Of a stretch of DNA of 64,000 nucleotides, positions 30,405-40,462 are shown in pieces. This DNA is from an uncultured Actinomycetota bacterium. Its GTDB lineage: Bacteria; Actinomycetota; Actinomycetes; CAVWCF01. Numbering within the stretch: the first letter of the stretch is position 1; every line of letters begins with the position of its first letter. The notes under the pieces were generated by a model. It searched no databases. It worked only from the letters and a program-made list of their open reading frames with translations, and had not been told where the DNA came from. Location: the NCBI GenBank assembly GCA_963753435.1, contig CAVWCF010000005.1, forward strand, positions 96,001 through 160,000, given 5' to 3'. A program made the position numbers and the translations under genes.

Positions 30405-31331
30405 GTGGGGCAGTACACGCTGCGGCGACTGCTGCAGATGATCCCGGTCTTCCTCGGCACGACCTTCTTCATCTTCGCGATGGTCTTTGCCCTTCCCGGT
30501 GACCCGTTCGCCGGCAAGTGCGGGGACCGGCCGTGTCCGGAGCAGTACGTAGCGGCTCAGACGGAGAAGTACGGCCTGGACCAGCCGCTCATGGTCCAGT
30601 ACGCCAAGTACATGGGCAATTTGCTGACCGGTGACTTCGGGGAGACGTTCAGCGGGGAGCCGGTGATCAACGAGTTGGCCCGGGCGTTCCCTATCTCGTT
30701 CAAGTTGACCTCGATGGCGATCATCATCGAAGTCATATTCGGGATCAGCGCCGGGGTCTTATCCGCGCTCAGACGCGGCAGTTTCCTGGACAACCTGGTG
30801 CTGGTCTCCACTTTGGCCGTGATCTCGATCCCAGTCTTCGTGCTGGGCTACTCCGCCCAGTACTTCTTCGGAGTCCAACTCGGATGGTTCCCACCGACGG
30901 TAAGTTCCGGCGCTCCGCTGAGTGACTTGATCCTGCCGGCGTTCGTCCTGGCGGCGTTGTCGCTGGCGTTCGTGGCCCGACTCATGCGCACAACCATGTC
31001 GGAGAACATCCGGGCCGACTACGTGCGAACCGCGACCGCCAAGGGTCTGCCTCGTCGCGACGTGGTCCAGCACCACATCATGCGCAACTCCCTGATCCCA
31101 GTGATCACGTTCATCGGACTTGACTTCGGCGCGCTCATGGGTGGCGCCGTGGTCACCGAGGGCATCTTCAACATCAAGGGCGTTGGCGGACTTATCTTCC
31201 TGGGCATCCGAACCCGCGAAGGCGCGACCGTCACCGCGGCGATCACCGTGATCGTATTGGTGGTCCTGCTCATCAACCTGCTCGTCGACCTGTTGTACGG
31301 CGTACTCGACCCGAGGATCCGCTATGAGTGA
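30405..31331 (+). CDS. Peptide ABC transporter permease (OppB-like)
   Basis: LPGDP, GLDQPL..QY..Y, ADYVRTATAKGL, NLLVDLLYGVLDPRIR. Confidence 0.93.
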   Translation: MGQYTLRRLLQMIPVFLGTTFFIFAMVFALPGDPFAGKCGDRPCPEQYVAAQTEKYGLDQPLMVQYAKYMGNLLTGDFGETFSGEPVINELARAFPISFKLTSMAIIIEVIFGISAGVLSALRRGSFLDNLVLVSTLAVISIPVFVLGYSAQYFFGVQLGWFPPTVSSGAPLSDLILPAFVLAALSLAFVARLMRTTMSENIRADYVRTATAKGLPRRDVVQHHIMRNSLIPVITFIGLDFGALMGGAVVTEGIFNIKGVGGLIFLGIRTREGATVTAAITVIVLVVLLINLLVDLLYGVLDPRIRYE

Positions 31332-32310
31332 CCCGGCTTCCGGCATCCGCGACGCGAGCCGCCTGACCGAAGTCGATGATCGGCTCGACAGACTCGACCA
31401 CGTTGACGATGAGGCAACGGTCGATATCGGCAAGCCGCGCTCGTTGTGGAACGACGCTTGGGATGACCTCAAGCACAACAAACTGTTCTGGTTCGCGGCC
31501 GCGTTGGTCTTCGTATTCATCCTCATGGCGTTGGTGCCCAGCCTGTTCACCCTATTCAGCCCCAACAAGGACCCGCGCTTCTGTCTGGGCTCGCTGTCCC
31601 GGCAGCCACCGAGCTCAGAAGCCTGGTTCGGCTACGACACCCAAGGCTGCGACGTTTACGCCCGCACCATCTATGGCGCGCGTCCATCCATCATGGTCGG
31701 CGTGCTGACGACCATCTTCGCCGTGACCGTGGGCGGGGTACTGGGCGTCCTGGGGGGTTTCTACGGCGGCTGGTGGGACTCGATCACCTCTCGGTTCACT
31801 GAGATCTTCTTCGCCATCCCGCTGCTCCTCGGCGGCGTGCTGATTCTGACCGCGTTGCCGTCGGGTCCGGATACCTCGGAGATCGAGAACATCCTCAAGG
31901 TGGTGCTGGCCATCGGGATCCTCGCTTGGACGACCATCGCCAGGATCATGAGATCCAGCGTGATCCAAGTGAAGAACGCCGACTTCGTTCAGGCGGCCCG
32001 GGCCCTTGGGGCCGGTGGTCCTCGGATCGTGCGCAGCCACCTGCTGCCCAACTCGCTGGCACCGGTGATCGTGGTGTCGATGATCTCCCTGGGCGGCTAC
32101 ATCGCGGCCGAAGCGACCCTCTCGTACTTGGGGATCGGCTTGCAGCCGCCAGCTGTTTCGTGGGGGATCGCAATCAGCGATGCGGCGACGTTCGTCCGAG
32201 TAGCGCCGCACATGCTGTTCTTCCCCGCCATCTTCCTGTCCACGACCGTCTTCGCGTTCATCGTCCTCGGCGACGCCGTGCGCGACGCCCTCGACCCGAA
32301 GTTGCGCTGA
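31324..32310 (+). CDS. Peptide ABC transporter permease (OppC-like)
   Basis: WFGYDTQGCDVYARTIYGAR, DFVQAARALGA, EATLSYLGIG, GDAVRDALDP. Confidence 0.93.
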   Translation: MSDPASGIRDASRLTEVDDRLDRLDHVDDEATVDIGKPRSLWNDAWDDLKHNKLFWFAAALVFVFILMALVPSLFTLFSPNKDPRFCLGSLSRQPPSSEAWFGYDTQGCDVYARTIYGARPSIMVGVLTTIFAVTVGGVLGVLGGFYGGWWDSITSRFTEIFFAIPLLLGGVLILTALPSGPDTSEIENILKVVLAIGILAWTTIARIMRSSVIQVKNADFVQAARALGAGGPRIVRSHLLPNSLAPVIVVSMISLGGYIAAEATLSYLGIGLQPPAVSWGIAISDAATFVRVAPHMLFFPAIFLSTTVFAFIVLGDAVRDALDPKLR

Positions 32311-32311
32311 C

Positions 32312-33364
32312 GTGGCCATAACCGAGATCGACGAGACCGGCGCCACGCCACCGGGAGCGACGGACGCGCCCCTGCTTGATGTCGACTCGCTGGAAGTCGA
32401 GTTCCGAACGCGGGAGGGCATCGCCAAGGCCGTCGACCGGGTCAGTTTCCAGGTCCGCGAAGGCGAAACCCTGGCGATCCTCGGCGAGTCCGGATGCGGC
32501 AAGTCGGTGACCGCGCAGGCGATCATGGGGATTCTCGACACACCACCGGGCTATGTGACCGGCGGCAGCGTGCGATTCCGCGGTACCGATCTGCTGGCCC
32601 TGCCCGAGGACGAGCGGCGCAAGTACCGCGGCGCCAAGATCGCGATGATCTTCCAGGACGCCCTCAGCTCGCTCAACCCGGTACACACCGTGGGCCGGCA
32701 ACTCGGCGAGATGTTCGTTGAGCATGACGGCATGTCTCGCAAAGAAGCCAAGGTCAAGGCCGTCGAACTCATGGACATGGTGCGGATCCCGGCGGCCAGC
32801 CAGCGAGTCAACGACTATCCGCACCAGTTCTCCGGCGGCATGCGGCAGCGCATCATGATCGCGATGGCACTGTCCCTGGACCCGGAGGTCGTCATCGCCG
32901 ACGAGCCGACGACCGCACTTGACGTAACCGTGCAGGCGCAGATCATGGAGTTGCTCGCCGAGCAGCAAGCCGAGCGTGAGATGGGGCTGATCCTCATCAC
33001 CCACGACCTCGGCGTCGTCGCGGACGTGGCCGACTCCATCACCGTCATGTACGCCGGCCGCGTCGCCGAGCAGGCGCCGATCGCGGACCTGTACGCCAAA
33101 CCGCTGCACCCCTACACACTTGGCCTGCTGGAGTCCATACCCCGCGTCGACCACAAGGGGGAGGAGCTCTACGCGATCAAGGGATTGCCGCCCAACCTCA
33201 CCCGAATCCCCCCTGGTTGCTCCTTCGCACCCAGATGCCGATTCGCGCAGGACGTCTGTAGGGCCGACCCGCCGCCGCAGAACCGTCAAATCCAGACCGG
33301 TCGGTGGGCCGCCTGCCACTTCAGCGAGCAGTTGCTGGACGAGGGGGCGACCGATGGCGAGTAA
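32312..33364 (+). CDS. Peptide ABC transporter ATP-binding protein (OppD-like)
   Basis: [43 protein letters not shown]. Confidence 0.94.
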   Translation: MAITEIDETGATPPGATDAPLLDVDSLEVEFRTREGIAKAVDRVSFQVREGETLAILGESGCGKSVTAQAIMGILDTPPGYVTGGSVRFRGTDLLALPEDERRKYRGAKIAMIFQDALSSLNPVHTVGRQLGEMFVEHDGMSRKEAKVKAVELMDMVRIPAASQRVNDYPHQFSGGMRQRIMIAMALSLDPEVVIADEPTTALDVTVQAQIMELLAEQQAEREMGLILITHDLGVVADVADSITVMYAGRVAEQAPIADLYAKPLHPYTLGLLESIPRVDHKGEELYAIKGLPPNLTRIPPGCSFAPRCRFAQDVCRADPPPQNRQIQTGRWAACHFSEQLLDEGATDGE

Positions 33365-34376
33365 CGACGTGATCCTGGAAGTGCGCGACCTGGTGAAGCA
33401 CTTCCCGCTGACCAAGGGCATTGTCTTCAAGAAGCAGATCGGTGCGGTCCAGGCCGTGGACGGGGTCTCCTTCGACCTGAACCGGGGGGAGACGCTCGGC
33501 ATCGTCGGGGAATCCGGGTGCGGCAAGTCCACCCTGGCCAAACTGCTGATGGTCCTGGAGCGACCAACCTCCGGTCAGGTGCGGTTCGAGGGGGAGGACA
33601 TCTACGCCCTCAAGGGGCGACGGCTGCGAGAGATGCGCCGCCATGTCCAGATCGTCTTCCAGGACCCGTACTCGTCGCTGAACCCCCGGATGACCGTCGG
33701 CGACATCATCGGTGAGCCGTTCGAGATCCACCCGGAGGTCGCGCCGAAGGGTGACCGTGACCGCAAGGTGAAGGATCTGCTCGATGTCGTGGGGCTCAAC
33801 CCAGAGCACATCAACCGCTACCCGCACCAGTTCTCCGGCGGGCAACGGCAGCGCATCGGCATCGCGCGGGGCCTGGCGCTCAACCCGAGCATCATCATCT
33901 GCGACGAGCCGGTATCGGCACTGGACGTGTCGGTTCAGGCCCAGGTGATCAACCTGCTCGACAAGTTGCAGACCGAATTCAATCTCTCCTACATCTTCAT
34001 CGCCCACGACCTGTCAGTGGTCCGGCACATCTCCGACCGCGTCGGGGTCATGTACCTGGGCAAGTTGGTCGAGTTCGGCAACGAGGAGCAGATCTACACC
34101 AGGCCAACGCACCCATACACCCAGGCGCTGCTATCAGCGGTGCCAGTCCCCGACCCGCAGGGCCGTGACTCCCGGCACCGCATCGTGCTGACCGGCGATC
34201 CGCCGTCACCGGTCGATCCGCCAAGCGGCTGCCGATTCCGGACACGATGCTGGAAGGCGCAGGACATCTGCGCCGCCGAAGAGCCGCCGTTGCAGTTGCG
34301 CGAGAACTCCGACCATCCGAGCGCCTGTCACTTCGCCGAGGCCGCTGCGGTCTTTGCCTCCGGAGAAGGCGCTTAG
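33354..34376 (+). CDS. Peptide ABC transporter ATP-binding protein (OppF-like)
   Basis: Start ATG 33354; [45 protein letters not shown]. Confidence 0.94.
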   Translation: MASNDVILEVRDLVKHFPLTKGIVFKKQIGAVQAVDGVSFDLNRGETLGIVGESGCGKSTLAKLLMVLERPTSGQVRFEGEDIYALKGRRLREMRRHVQIVFQDPYSSLNPRMTVGDIIGEPFEIHPEVAPKGDRDRKVKDLLDVVGLNPEHINRYPHQFSGGQRQRIGIARGLALNPSIIICDEPVSALDVSVQAQVINLLDKLQTEFNLSYIFIAHDLSVVRHISDRVGVMYLGKLVEFGNEEQIYTRPTHPYTQALLSAVPVPDPQGRDSRHRIVLTGDPPSPVDPPSGCRFRTRCWKAQDICAAEEPPLQLRENSDHPSACHFAEAAAVFASGEGA

Positions 34377-36499
34377 CCCGCTTCCGGGGCTGGGTCCAGG
34401 GACAGCGCTTCGATCAGCCAGTCCCGCTGCAGGACCAAGAGGTTCTCCGCCACGTCCACTTGCGGGGTCATGTGGGTTACTCCGGTCAGCGGCAGCACGG
34501 TGTGCGCGCGACCGGCCGCCAGCAGGGCCGTGGACAACTGCAGCGTGTGCGCGGCCAGGACGTTGTCGTCCGCCAGCCCGTGGATGAGTAGCAGCGGGTT
34601 CTCCAAGGCTGGTGCGTCGTCGATCAGCCCGGATACCGCGTACGCCTCCGGGTGTTCCTGCGGCAGGCCCAGGTACCGCTCGGTATAGGCCGTGTCGTAC
34701 CAGGTCCAGTCCGTCGGTGGGGCTCCCGCGACCGCCGCGTGCACGCGGTCCGGTTCCCGTAGCACCGCCAAAGCGGCCAGATACCCGCCGAACGACCAGC
34801 CGCGGATACCGACCCGTGAGGTGTCCAACTCCGGGTGCTGCTGCGCGAGCTCGTCCAACGCCAGCAACTGGTCGGCCAGCGGGACGGTGGCCAGGTCGAA
34901 GCGAACCGCGCGCTCCCACGAAGGTGAACCCGGAGTTCCGCGCCCGTCGATGATCACAACCGCGAATCCGGCCTCGGCGAACCACTGGTCCACCGAATAG
35001 GCCGAAAGTGCGCCGACAACACGAGCGGCGTGTGGTCCGCCGTATGGGCTCAGCAGCACCGGCAACTGCTCGTCGGACGGACGCCACCACGATGGGCGAA
35101 GCACTGCGCAACGCAGTCCGGCGCGTGTCTGAAGCTCCACCATGGGCAGCAAATCGGGCTCGGCGCTCAGATCCGGCACGACCGCCGAGGTGCCGTCATG
35201 CCAGTCGACCCGGGCGGTGTTGCCGGGGCCCTGCATGGTGGCGCTCACCGTGAGGGTCGTTCCGCTGCGGCGAACCACCGAATGCAGCCCCGCAGCGGGC
35301 GTCAACTCGTCGGTCTCGTCCCCGCTGAGAAGCAAGACTTGGCGGTGACCGGCGTCGGGTCCGCCGGCGACGCATGTCCCCGCCTTGTCGACACTGACCG
35401 AGCGGACGTGCCAGTCGGGTCGACCGATGGGGACACCGTCGGCGAGGAGTCGGTAGGTGTCCGCCACCGGCTGGACGGTCAACAGCCGACCAGACGCATC
35501 CCAACTCGGCACACCCGCGACCACGTCCACCCATGCGTCGTCGATCTGCTCGCCCAGCACCTCGGTCGCTGCCGTGCTCGGGTCGACTCGCAGCACTTGG
35601 GCGCGGTCTTGGCGACGGTTCAGCACTTGGATCAGCGGGTCCCCGTACTCGGAGTAGTGCACGGCCGTCACATACTCGAACTCTTCTCGGTCCCACTGCA
35701 CCGGTTGCGGCGCTCCGTTGAGCGGCACCAGCACCAGCGTGACTACCGCGTTGTCGGTCCCTGCCCGCGGATAGCGGTGTTGCCTGGGGGGTCGGTCCGG
35801 ATGTGCGGGGTCGGCGATCCAGGTTGAGGCGACAGGTGACTCATCCACGCCCGAAACCAGTAGGCGATCCGAGGTGGGTGCCCACCAGAATCCCCGCATC
35901 CGGTCGAACTCCTCCGCGGCAGCGAAGTCAGCCAGGCCCCAGGTGATCGCGTCGTCTGGTTCAAGCACGGCCCGGTCAGTGCCGGCTACGTCCACGATGC
36001 GAAGTGCCCCGCCGCCGCAGTAGGCGACCCGAGTCCCGTCCGGGCTGATGCGTGGGTCCACCACAGCGGTGGCGGTGGGCAGTAGCGCAGCGTCGCCGGA
36101 CCCGACCTCAACAGTGAACAGCCGCCCGCTGATCGCGAACGCGCACCGGGTGCCGGAGTCGTCGACGGAGTAGGCGGTGATCCCGGCGGCGGACTCGCGG
36201 GAGCGTTCCCGGCGGGCGGCCTCCTCGGCTGGGACTTCCTCCATGTCGGTTGCGGTGCCAGCGGTGCTGTCGGGCTGACCGGCATCTCCCCGGGCTTCGG
36301 CAGCCAGGGCGCGTGGGTCGGCCAGCAGGGACTCGCTGCCGTCCCGCCGCAGGACCCAAAGGCTGTTGGTCGGATCCTCGGGCCCGGTGGAGCGCAGGAA
36401 CAGCACCGCGTCGCCGTCGGCGGTCACTGTGAAGGCCCGGGGCGATCCGTGGGTGAACCGCCCCGTCAGGGCATAGCGGCGGGGGAAGTTCGCGGGCAC
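34373..36499 (-). CDS. S9-family (dipeptidyl-peptidase IV-like) serine peptidase
   Basis: YGGPH, GWSFGG nucleophile, [20 protein letters not shown]; start trimmed to GTG 36499. Confidence 0.92.
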   Translation of the reverse strand: MPANFPRRYALTGRFTHGSPRAFTVTADGDAVLFLRSTGPEDPTNSLWVLRRDGSESLLADPRALAAEARGDAGQPDSTAGTATDMEEVPAEEAARRERSRESAAGITAYSVDDSGTRCAFAISGRLFTVEVGSGDAALLPTATAVVDPRISPDGTRVAYCGGGALRIVDVAGTDRAVLEPDDAITWGLADFAAAEEFDRMRGFWWAPTSDRLLVSGVDESPVASTWIADPAHPDRPPRQHRYPRAGTDNAVVTLVLVPLNGAPQPVQWDREEFEYVTAVHYSEYGDPLIQVLNRRQDRAQVLRVDPSTAATEVLGEQIDDAWVDVVAGVPSWDASGRLLTVQPVADTYRLLADGVPIGRPDWHVRSVSVDKAGTCVAGGPDAGHRQVLLLSGDETDELTPAAGLHSVVRRSGTTLTVSATMQGPGNTARVDWHDGTSAVVPDLSAEPDLLPMVELQTRAGLRCAVLRPSWWRPSDEQLPVLLSPYGGPHAARVVGALSAYSVDQWFAEAGFAVVIIDGRGTPGSPSWERAVRFDLATVPLADQLLALDELAQQHPELDTSRVGIRGWSFGGYLAALAVLREPDRVHAAVAGAPPTDWTWYDTAYTERYLGLPQEHPEAYAVSGLIDDAPALENPLLLIHGLADDNVLAAHTLQLSTALLAAGRAHTVLPLTGVTHMTPQVDVAENLLVLQRDWLIEALSLDPAPEAG

Positions 36500-36544
36500 G
36501 GGGGCATCCTCCCCGACATCCGGCTGTTCGCGCAGAATGCGGTC

Positions 36545-37426
36545 ATGCCCGATCGCCGACTGCTGCTCGTCCATGCCCACCCTGACGATGAGGTCGTCGG
36601 TACCGGGGCCACGATGGCTCGCTACGCCGAGGCCGGCGCCGCGGTGACTCTGGTCACGTGCACCTCCGGAGAGGAGGGCGAAGTGCTGGTGCCCGACCTG
36701 GAACACCTGGCCGCACACCGGGAGGATCGGTTGGGGGAGCATCGCCGCGGCGAGATCGTCGGGGCTCTGGATGCGCTCGGGGTCACCGATCACCACTGGC
36801 TGGGTGGGCCCGGTCGGTATCGCGACTCCGGGATGATGGGGACTGATGCCAACAACCGCACCGAGTCCTTCTGGCGGGCCGATCTGCTTGAGGCCGCGGC
36901 CGATCTAGTCGGGGTAATCCGAGATCGCCGCCCGCAGGTGCTGATCACCTACGACGAGAACGGTCAGTACGGACACCCGGACCACATCCAGGCGCATCGG
37001 GTTGCCATGTACGGGGCGGTATTGGCGGCCGCTGCGGCGTTCCGCCCGGACCTGGGCGAGGCGTGGGACATCCCGAAGATCTACTGGACCGCTTTGCCGC
37101 ATTCCTACGTTGCCGAAGGCATCCGAGTCCTGGCCGAGTCCGGCAGCAGCGGGTTCTTCGGGGCGACTGAACCGGGCGAACTGCCCGGTGTCGTTGCCGA
37201 CGAACTCGTGACCGCTGTCGTCGACGGCACGGAGTTCGCCGACCGCAAGGTGGCCGCCCTGCGCGCCCACGCCACCCAGGTCGCCGCCGACGGACCCTTC
37301 TTCGCGATCGCCGAGGCGGTGGGCCCGGCCGCCTTCGGGCGGGAGCACTTCCGGCTGGCCAAGGGCCGCGCAGCCGTGCCGCTGGACGATGCCGGCCGGG
37401 AGACGGACCTCTTCGCCGGCACCTGA
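36545..37426 (+). CDS. mshB: GlcNAc-Ins deacetylase of mycothiol biosynthesis
   Basis: LLLVHAHPDDE, TCT.GEEGEV, YRDSGMMG, YGHPDHIQAHRV, KIYW, AHATQ, ETDLFAG; typA-linked position. Confidence 0.9.
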   Translation: MPDRRLLLVHAHPDDEVVGTGATMARYAEAGAAVTLVTCTSGEEGEVLVPDLEHLAAHREDRLGEHRRGEIVGALDALGVTDHHWLGGPGRYRDSGMMGTDANNRTESFWRADLLEAAADLVGVIRDRRPQVLITYDENGQYGHPDHIQAHRVAMYGAVLAAAAAFRPDLGEAWDIPKIYWTALPHSYVAEGIRVLAESGSSGFFGATEPGELPGVVADELVTAVVDGTEFADRKVAALRAHATQVAADGPFFAIAEAVGPAAFGREHFRLAKGRAAVPLDDAGRETDLFAGT

Positions 37427-37551
37427 TCGGCCTCAGCGCCGGGCGCGGCGGCGCGGGCGGACTCGTCCGTTCGGATGGAGACGGCGATCTTGATGCGCCG
37501 AATGGGTGAATCCGCCTGTCCCTTTACCCCGGCGAGTCACAGACTCCGGTC

Positions 37552-39507
37552 ATGGAGACCCCCAACGCCCCCGAGTCGACCAACGGCGACACCTTCACGC
37601 ATGCGGCCGGCGACGTTCCCGTGTTGCTCGCGGCAAACACCGCCGACGTCGGCGCCTCCAGGGAACTGGCTCGCCGCCGCCGCCTGCGCACTCTCGCCGT
37701 GGTGCTGGGGGTGCCCTGCGCGTGGATGTGGTTCCGCCTGCTCAGCGGCAACCCGGTTCAGTGGGGTCTACCGCAACTGGACCCGTTCCTCCTGGTCCCG
37801 ATCCTCTTCTTCACGCTGCTTGGCGTGGTGCTCATCGGTACCACGGTCGGCGCCGGGCGCAGCCCGCACGTGCTGTACCGGCCCGAGCAGATCGACGTCC
37901 GGCTGGACGATGTAAAGGGCATCGATCCGATCAAGGAGGACGTGGTCCGCTCGCTCAACCTGTTCCTGGCGCACCGCACCTTCGCCCAGGAGATGGGCGG
38001 AACGCCGCGCCGTGGACTGCTGTTCGAGGGCGCGCCGGGCACCGGCAAGACCCACTTGGCCAAGGCGATGGCGGCCGAAGCCGGGGTCCCGTTCCTCTTC
38101 GTCTCCGCCACTAGTTTCCAGTCGATGTACTACGGGGCCACTGCCCGCAAGATCCGCTCCTACTTCAAGCAGTTGCGCAAGGCAGCACGCGCTGAGGGTG
38201 GTGCCATCGGCTTCATCGAGGAGATCGATGCGATCGCCACGGTTCGCGGCGGGATGTCGGCAACAGCCATGCCGGATGCGGCTCGGATGCAGGCACAGTG
38301 CTGCGGGGGTCTTGAAGGATTGCCGGCCGGCTACGCGCAGGCTGCCCCCCAGTCCGCCGCGGTGATCACCAACGCAGCCATGACCTCAGAGGGCGTGGGC
38401 GGCGTGGTGAACGAGTTGCTCGTGCAGATGCAGTCCTTCGACGAGCCCACCGGACTGCAGAAGGTGCACACGAAGCTCGTGGACCGGCTGAACCTCTACC
38501 TGCCGGTTCATCGGCAGTTGCGTCGGCCCGAGCCGCCCAAGACCAACGTGCTGCTGATCGCCGCCACTAACCGCGCGGACAACCTGGACCCGGCGCTGCT
38601 GCGCCCCGGCCGCTTCGACCGGCGCCTCACGTTCGACCGGCCCGGCAAGGACGCTCGAAAGGTGCTGCTGGAGCACTTCCTGGCCAAGAAGGCCCACCAC
38701 GGCGAGCTCGACACCGAAGAGCAGCGCGACACGTTGGCAGCCGCCACCCAGGGCTACACGCCGGTGATGATCGAGCACCTCCTGGACGAGGCGCTGGTCA
38801 ACGCCATGCGCCGAGACGACACCAAGATGAACCGCGCGGACATCGAGAAGGCCCGAATGGTCGAGGAGATCGGGATGGGCCAGCCGGTGGCCTACACCGT
38901 GCACGAGAAGCGACTCATCGCCACTCATGAGGCCGGACACGCAGTCGCCGCCTGGTTGGTGGCACCCCACCGTCGGCTGGAGATCCTCACCATCATCAAG
39001 CGTCGCGAGGCGCTGGGCATGCTCGCCCATGGGGACGTCGATGACGTCTACACCCGTTCGCGCAGCGAAATGCTGGCGTTGATCCAGATCGCGCTGGCGG
39101 GTCAGTGCGCGGAGGAGATCTTCTTCTCCGACATCTCCACCGGACCTGGTGGTGACCTGCTGTACGCCACCAACGTGGCCGCGGAAATGGTCGGTTCGGT
39201 CGGCATGGCCGACACCCTGGTCTCCTACGCCGCCATTCAAGGGTCGGCGCTGTCCAGCACCAACGTTGTAGGTCGCGTGCTCGCCGACCGGGACGGGCGC
39301 GACCGTGTTGAGGAGTTGCTGCAAACGCAGAAAGTGAAGATCAAGGGGATGCTGGAAGCGAATCAGCACTTGGTTGAGGCTCTTCGCGACGCCCTGTTGC
39401 AGCGACACGAGTTGATCGGACGCGAGATCACCGACGTCCTGGAAGCGGCCGGTGCCAGTTCGGTCGACGTCGTCGTGATGCCCGACGCCAAGCCGACGCC
39501 CGCCTGA
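37552..39507 (+). CDS. FtsH-like membrane AAA+ zinc metalloprotease (atypical paralog)
   Basis: Two close TM helices, Walker A GAPGTGKT, Walker B FIEEID, SRH AATNR...DPALLRPGRFDR, HEAGH, AG..AEE, STG..GDL. Confidence 0.88.
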   Translation: METPNAPESTNGDTFTHAAGDVPVLLAANTADVGASRELARRRRLRTLAVVLGVPCAWMWFRLLSGNPVQWGLPQLDPFLLVPILFFTLLGVVLIGTTVGAGRSPHVLYRPEQIDVRLDDVKGIDPIKEDVVRSLNLFLAHRTFAQEMGGTPRRGLLFEGAPGTGKTHLAKAMAAEAGVPFLFVSATSFQSMYYGATARKIRSYFKQLRKAARAEGGAIGFIEEIDAIATVRGGMSATAMPDAARMQAQCCGGLEGLPAGYAQAAPQSAAVITNAAMTSEGVGGVVNELLVQMQSFDEPTGLQKVHTKLVDRLNLYLPVHRQLRRPEPPKTNVLLIAATNRADNLDPALLRPGRFDRRLTFDRPGKDARKVLLEHFLAKKAHHGELDTEEQRDTLAAATQGYTPVMIEHLLDEALVNAMRRDDTKMNRADIEKARMVEEIGMGQPVAYTVHEKRLIATHEAGHAVAAWLVAPHRRLEILTIIKRREALGMLAHGDVDDVYTRSRSEMLALIQIALAGQCAEEIFFSDISTGPGGDLLYATNVAAEMVGSVGMADTLVSYAAIQGSALSSTNVVGRVLADRDGRDRVEELLQTQKVKIKGMLEANQHLVEALRDALLQRHELIGREITDVLEAAGASSVDVVVMPDAKPTPA

Positions 39508-39845
39508 TGCGCGATGCCTGGACTGCCGCGGGTGGCCTGATTGCGGGCATCGGTCTGGGCATCCTCGGGTCCGGTCTCGCGGAGGTCTCCTGGCCACCGG
39601 TGCTGCCCCTGGGTGCCGCGCTGAGCCTGCTGGGCCTGGTCGTCGCCGTGGTTCTGGCGGCAAACGCGGATCGGCTTGGCCCGTGGAGCCTGACGCCGAT
39701 CCTGGGCTGGGCCGCTGGGGCGGGCTGGGTGTGGAGCACCGCAGTTGCGGGCGTGGGAGTGCGCGGGTGGGCAATGGCGATCGCCGCACTGGCCGCTGCC
39801 GGCCTGTTGTTTGCAGACGGGCGGGTCTTCAGCCGACGCCCCTAG
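39507..39845 (+). CDS. Small hypothetical membrane protein (about 4 TM)
   Basis: Almost entirely hydrophobic; its ATG overlaps the FtsH-like stop (TGATG). Confidence 0.6.
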   Translation: MRDAWTAAGGLIAGIGLGILGSGLAEVSWPPVLPLGAALSLLGLVVAVVLAANADRLGPWSLTPILGWAAGAGWVWSTAVAGVGVRGWAMAIAALAAAGLLFADGRVFSRRP

Positions 39846-39853
39846 CGGCCGAT
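39828..39853 (+). promoter_or_regulatory. Putative sigma28 (FliA/WhiG)-type promoter for cheW
   Basis: TTCA-N16-GCCGAT, ending 9 nt before GTG 39863. Confidence 0.5.
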
Positions 39854-39862
39854 GCGCCTGAA

Positions 39863-40402
39863 GTGACCGACCTGAGCCGGGCCACCGACGACGAGGGCAC
39901 CCCGAACGGGGCCGACGTCGTCGCGGCCGTCGAGGACGCGCCCGTTCCCGCCGTCCCCGAGCCGCCCGCTGCGCTGCCTGCCGGCGGCGTGGTCATGCGC
40001 CTGGATCACGGTACGTACTTGGTCGACCTGGCCAACGTCGCGGAAGTGACACCGGTGCCGGAGATCACGGCCCTGCCGGGACACCCTTCGTGGTTGTGCG
40101 GCGTCGCCAACTGGCGCGGCCGGGTCCTGGCGGTGGTGGACCTGCGGCCCCTACTCGGCCTCGACCCGCACCCGCTTACCAGCGCGTCTCGACTCGTGAT
40201 CCTCACTGCCGAGGGAGTCGAAGTCGCTGTCTTGGCCGATGCCGTGCCGGGGGTCGCGGAGAAGCCGGGGCCGGCGCGGCCGGTACCGACTGCGACGTCG
40301 GGGCTGCTCTCGGCCGTCTGCGCGATCGACTCCGGTCCAGCTTCGGTGCTGGACGCCGCTGCGGTTGTCGCCCTCAGGCGGCAGTTCACTCCCGCGGCCT
40401 GA
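39863..40402 (+). CDS. cheW: CheW adaptor protein
   Basis: YLVDLANVAEV...ITALPGHPSWLCGVANWRGRVLAVVDLRPLLG, VAVLADAV. Start uncertain; GTG 39863 chosen. Confidence 0.88.
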   Translation: MTDLSRATDDEGTPNGADVVAAVEDAPVPAVPEPPAALPAGGVVMRLDHGTYLVDLANVAEVTPVPEITALPGHPSWLCGVANWRGRVLAVVDLRPLLGLDPHPLTSASRLVILTAEGVEVAVLADAVPGVAEKPGPARPVPTATSGLLSAVCAIDSGPASVLDAAAVVALRRQFTPAA

Positions 40403-40408
40403 GCCTGC

Positions 40409-40434
40409 TTCAGCCCAACCGCAGACCGTCCGAT
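40409..40434 (+). promoter_or_regulatory. Putative sigma28 (FliA/WhiG)-type promoter for the MCP-cheA genes
   Basis: TTCA-N16-TCCGAT, same spacing and the same CTTCAGCC -35 context as the site at 39828. Confidence 0.45.
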
Positions 40435-40462
40435 TAGCAACGCAGCAGAGCGTGGAGGACCG

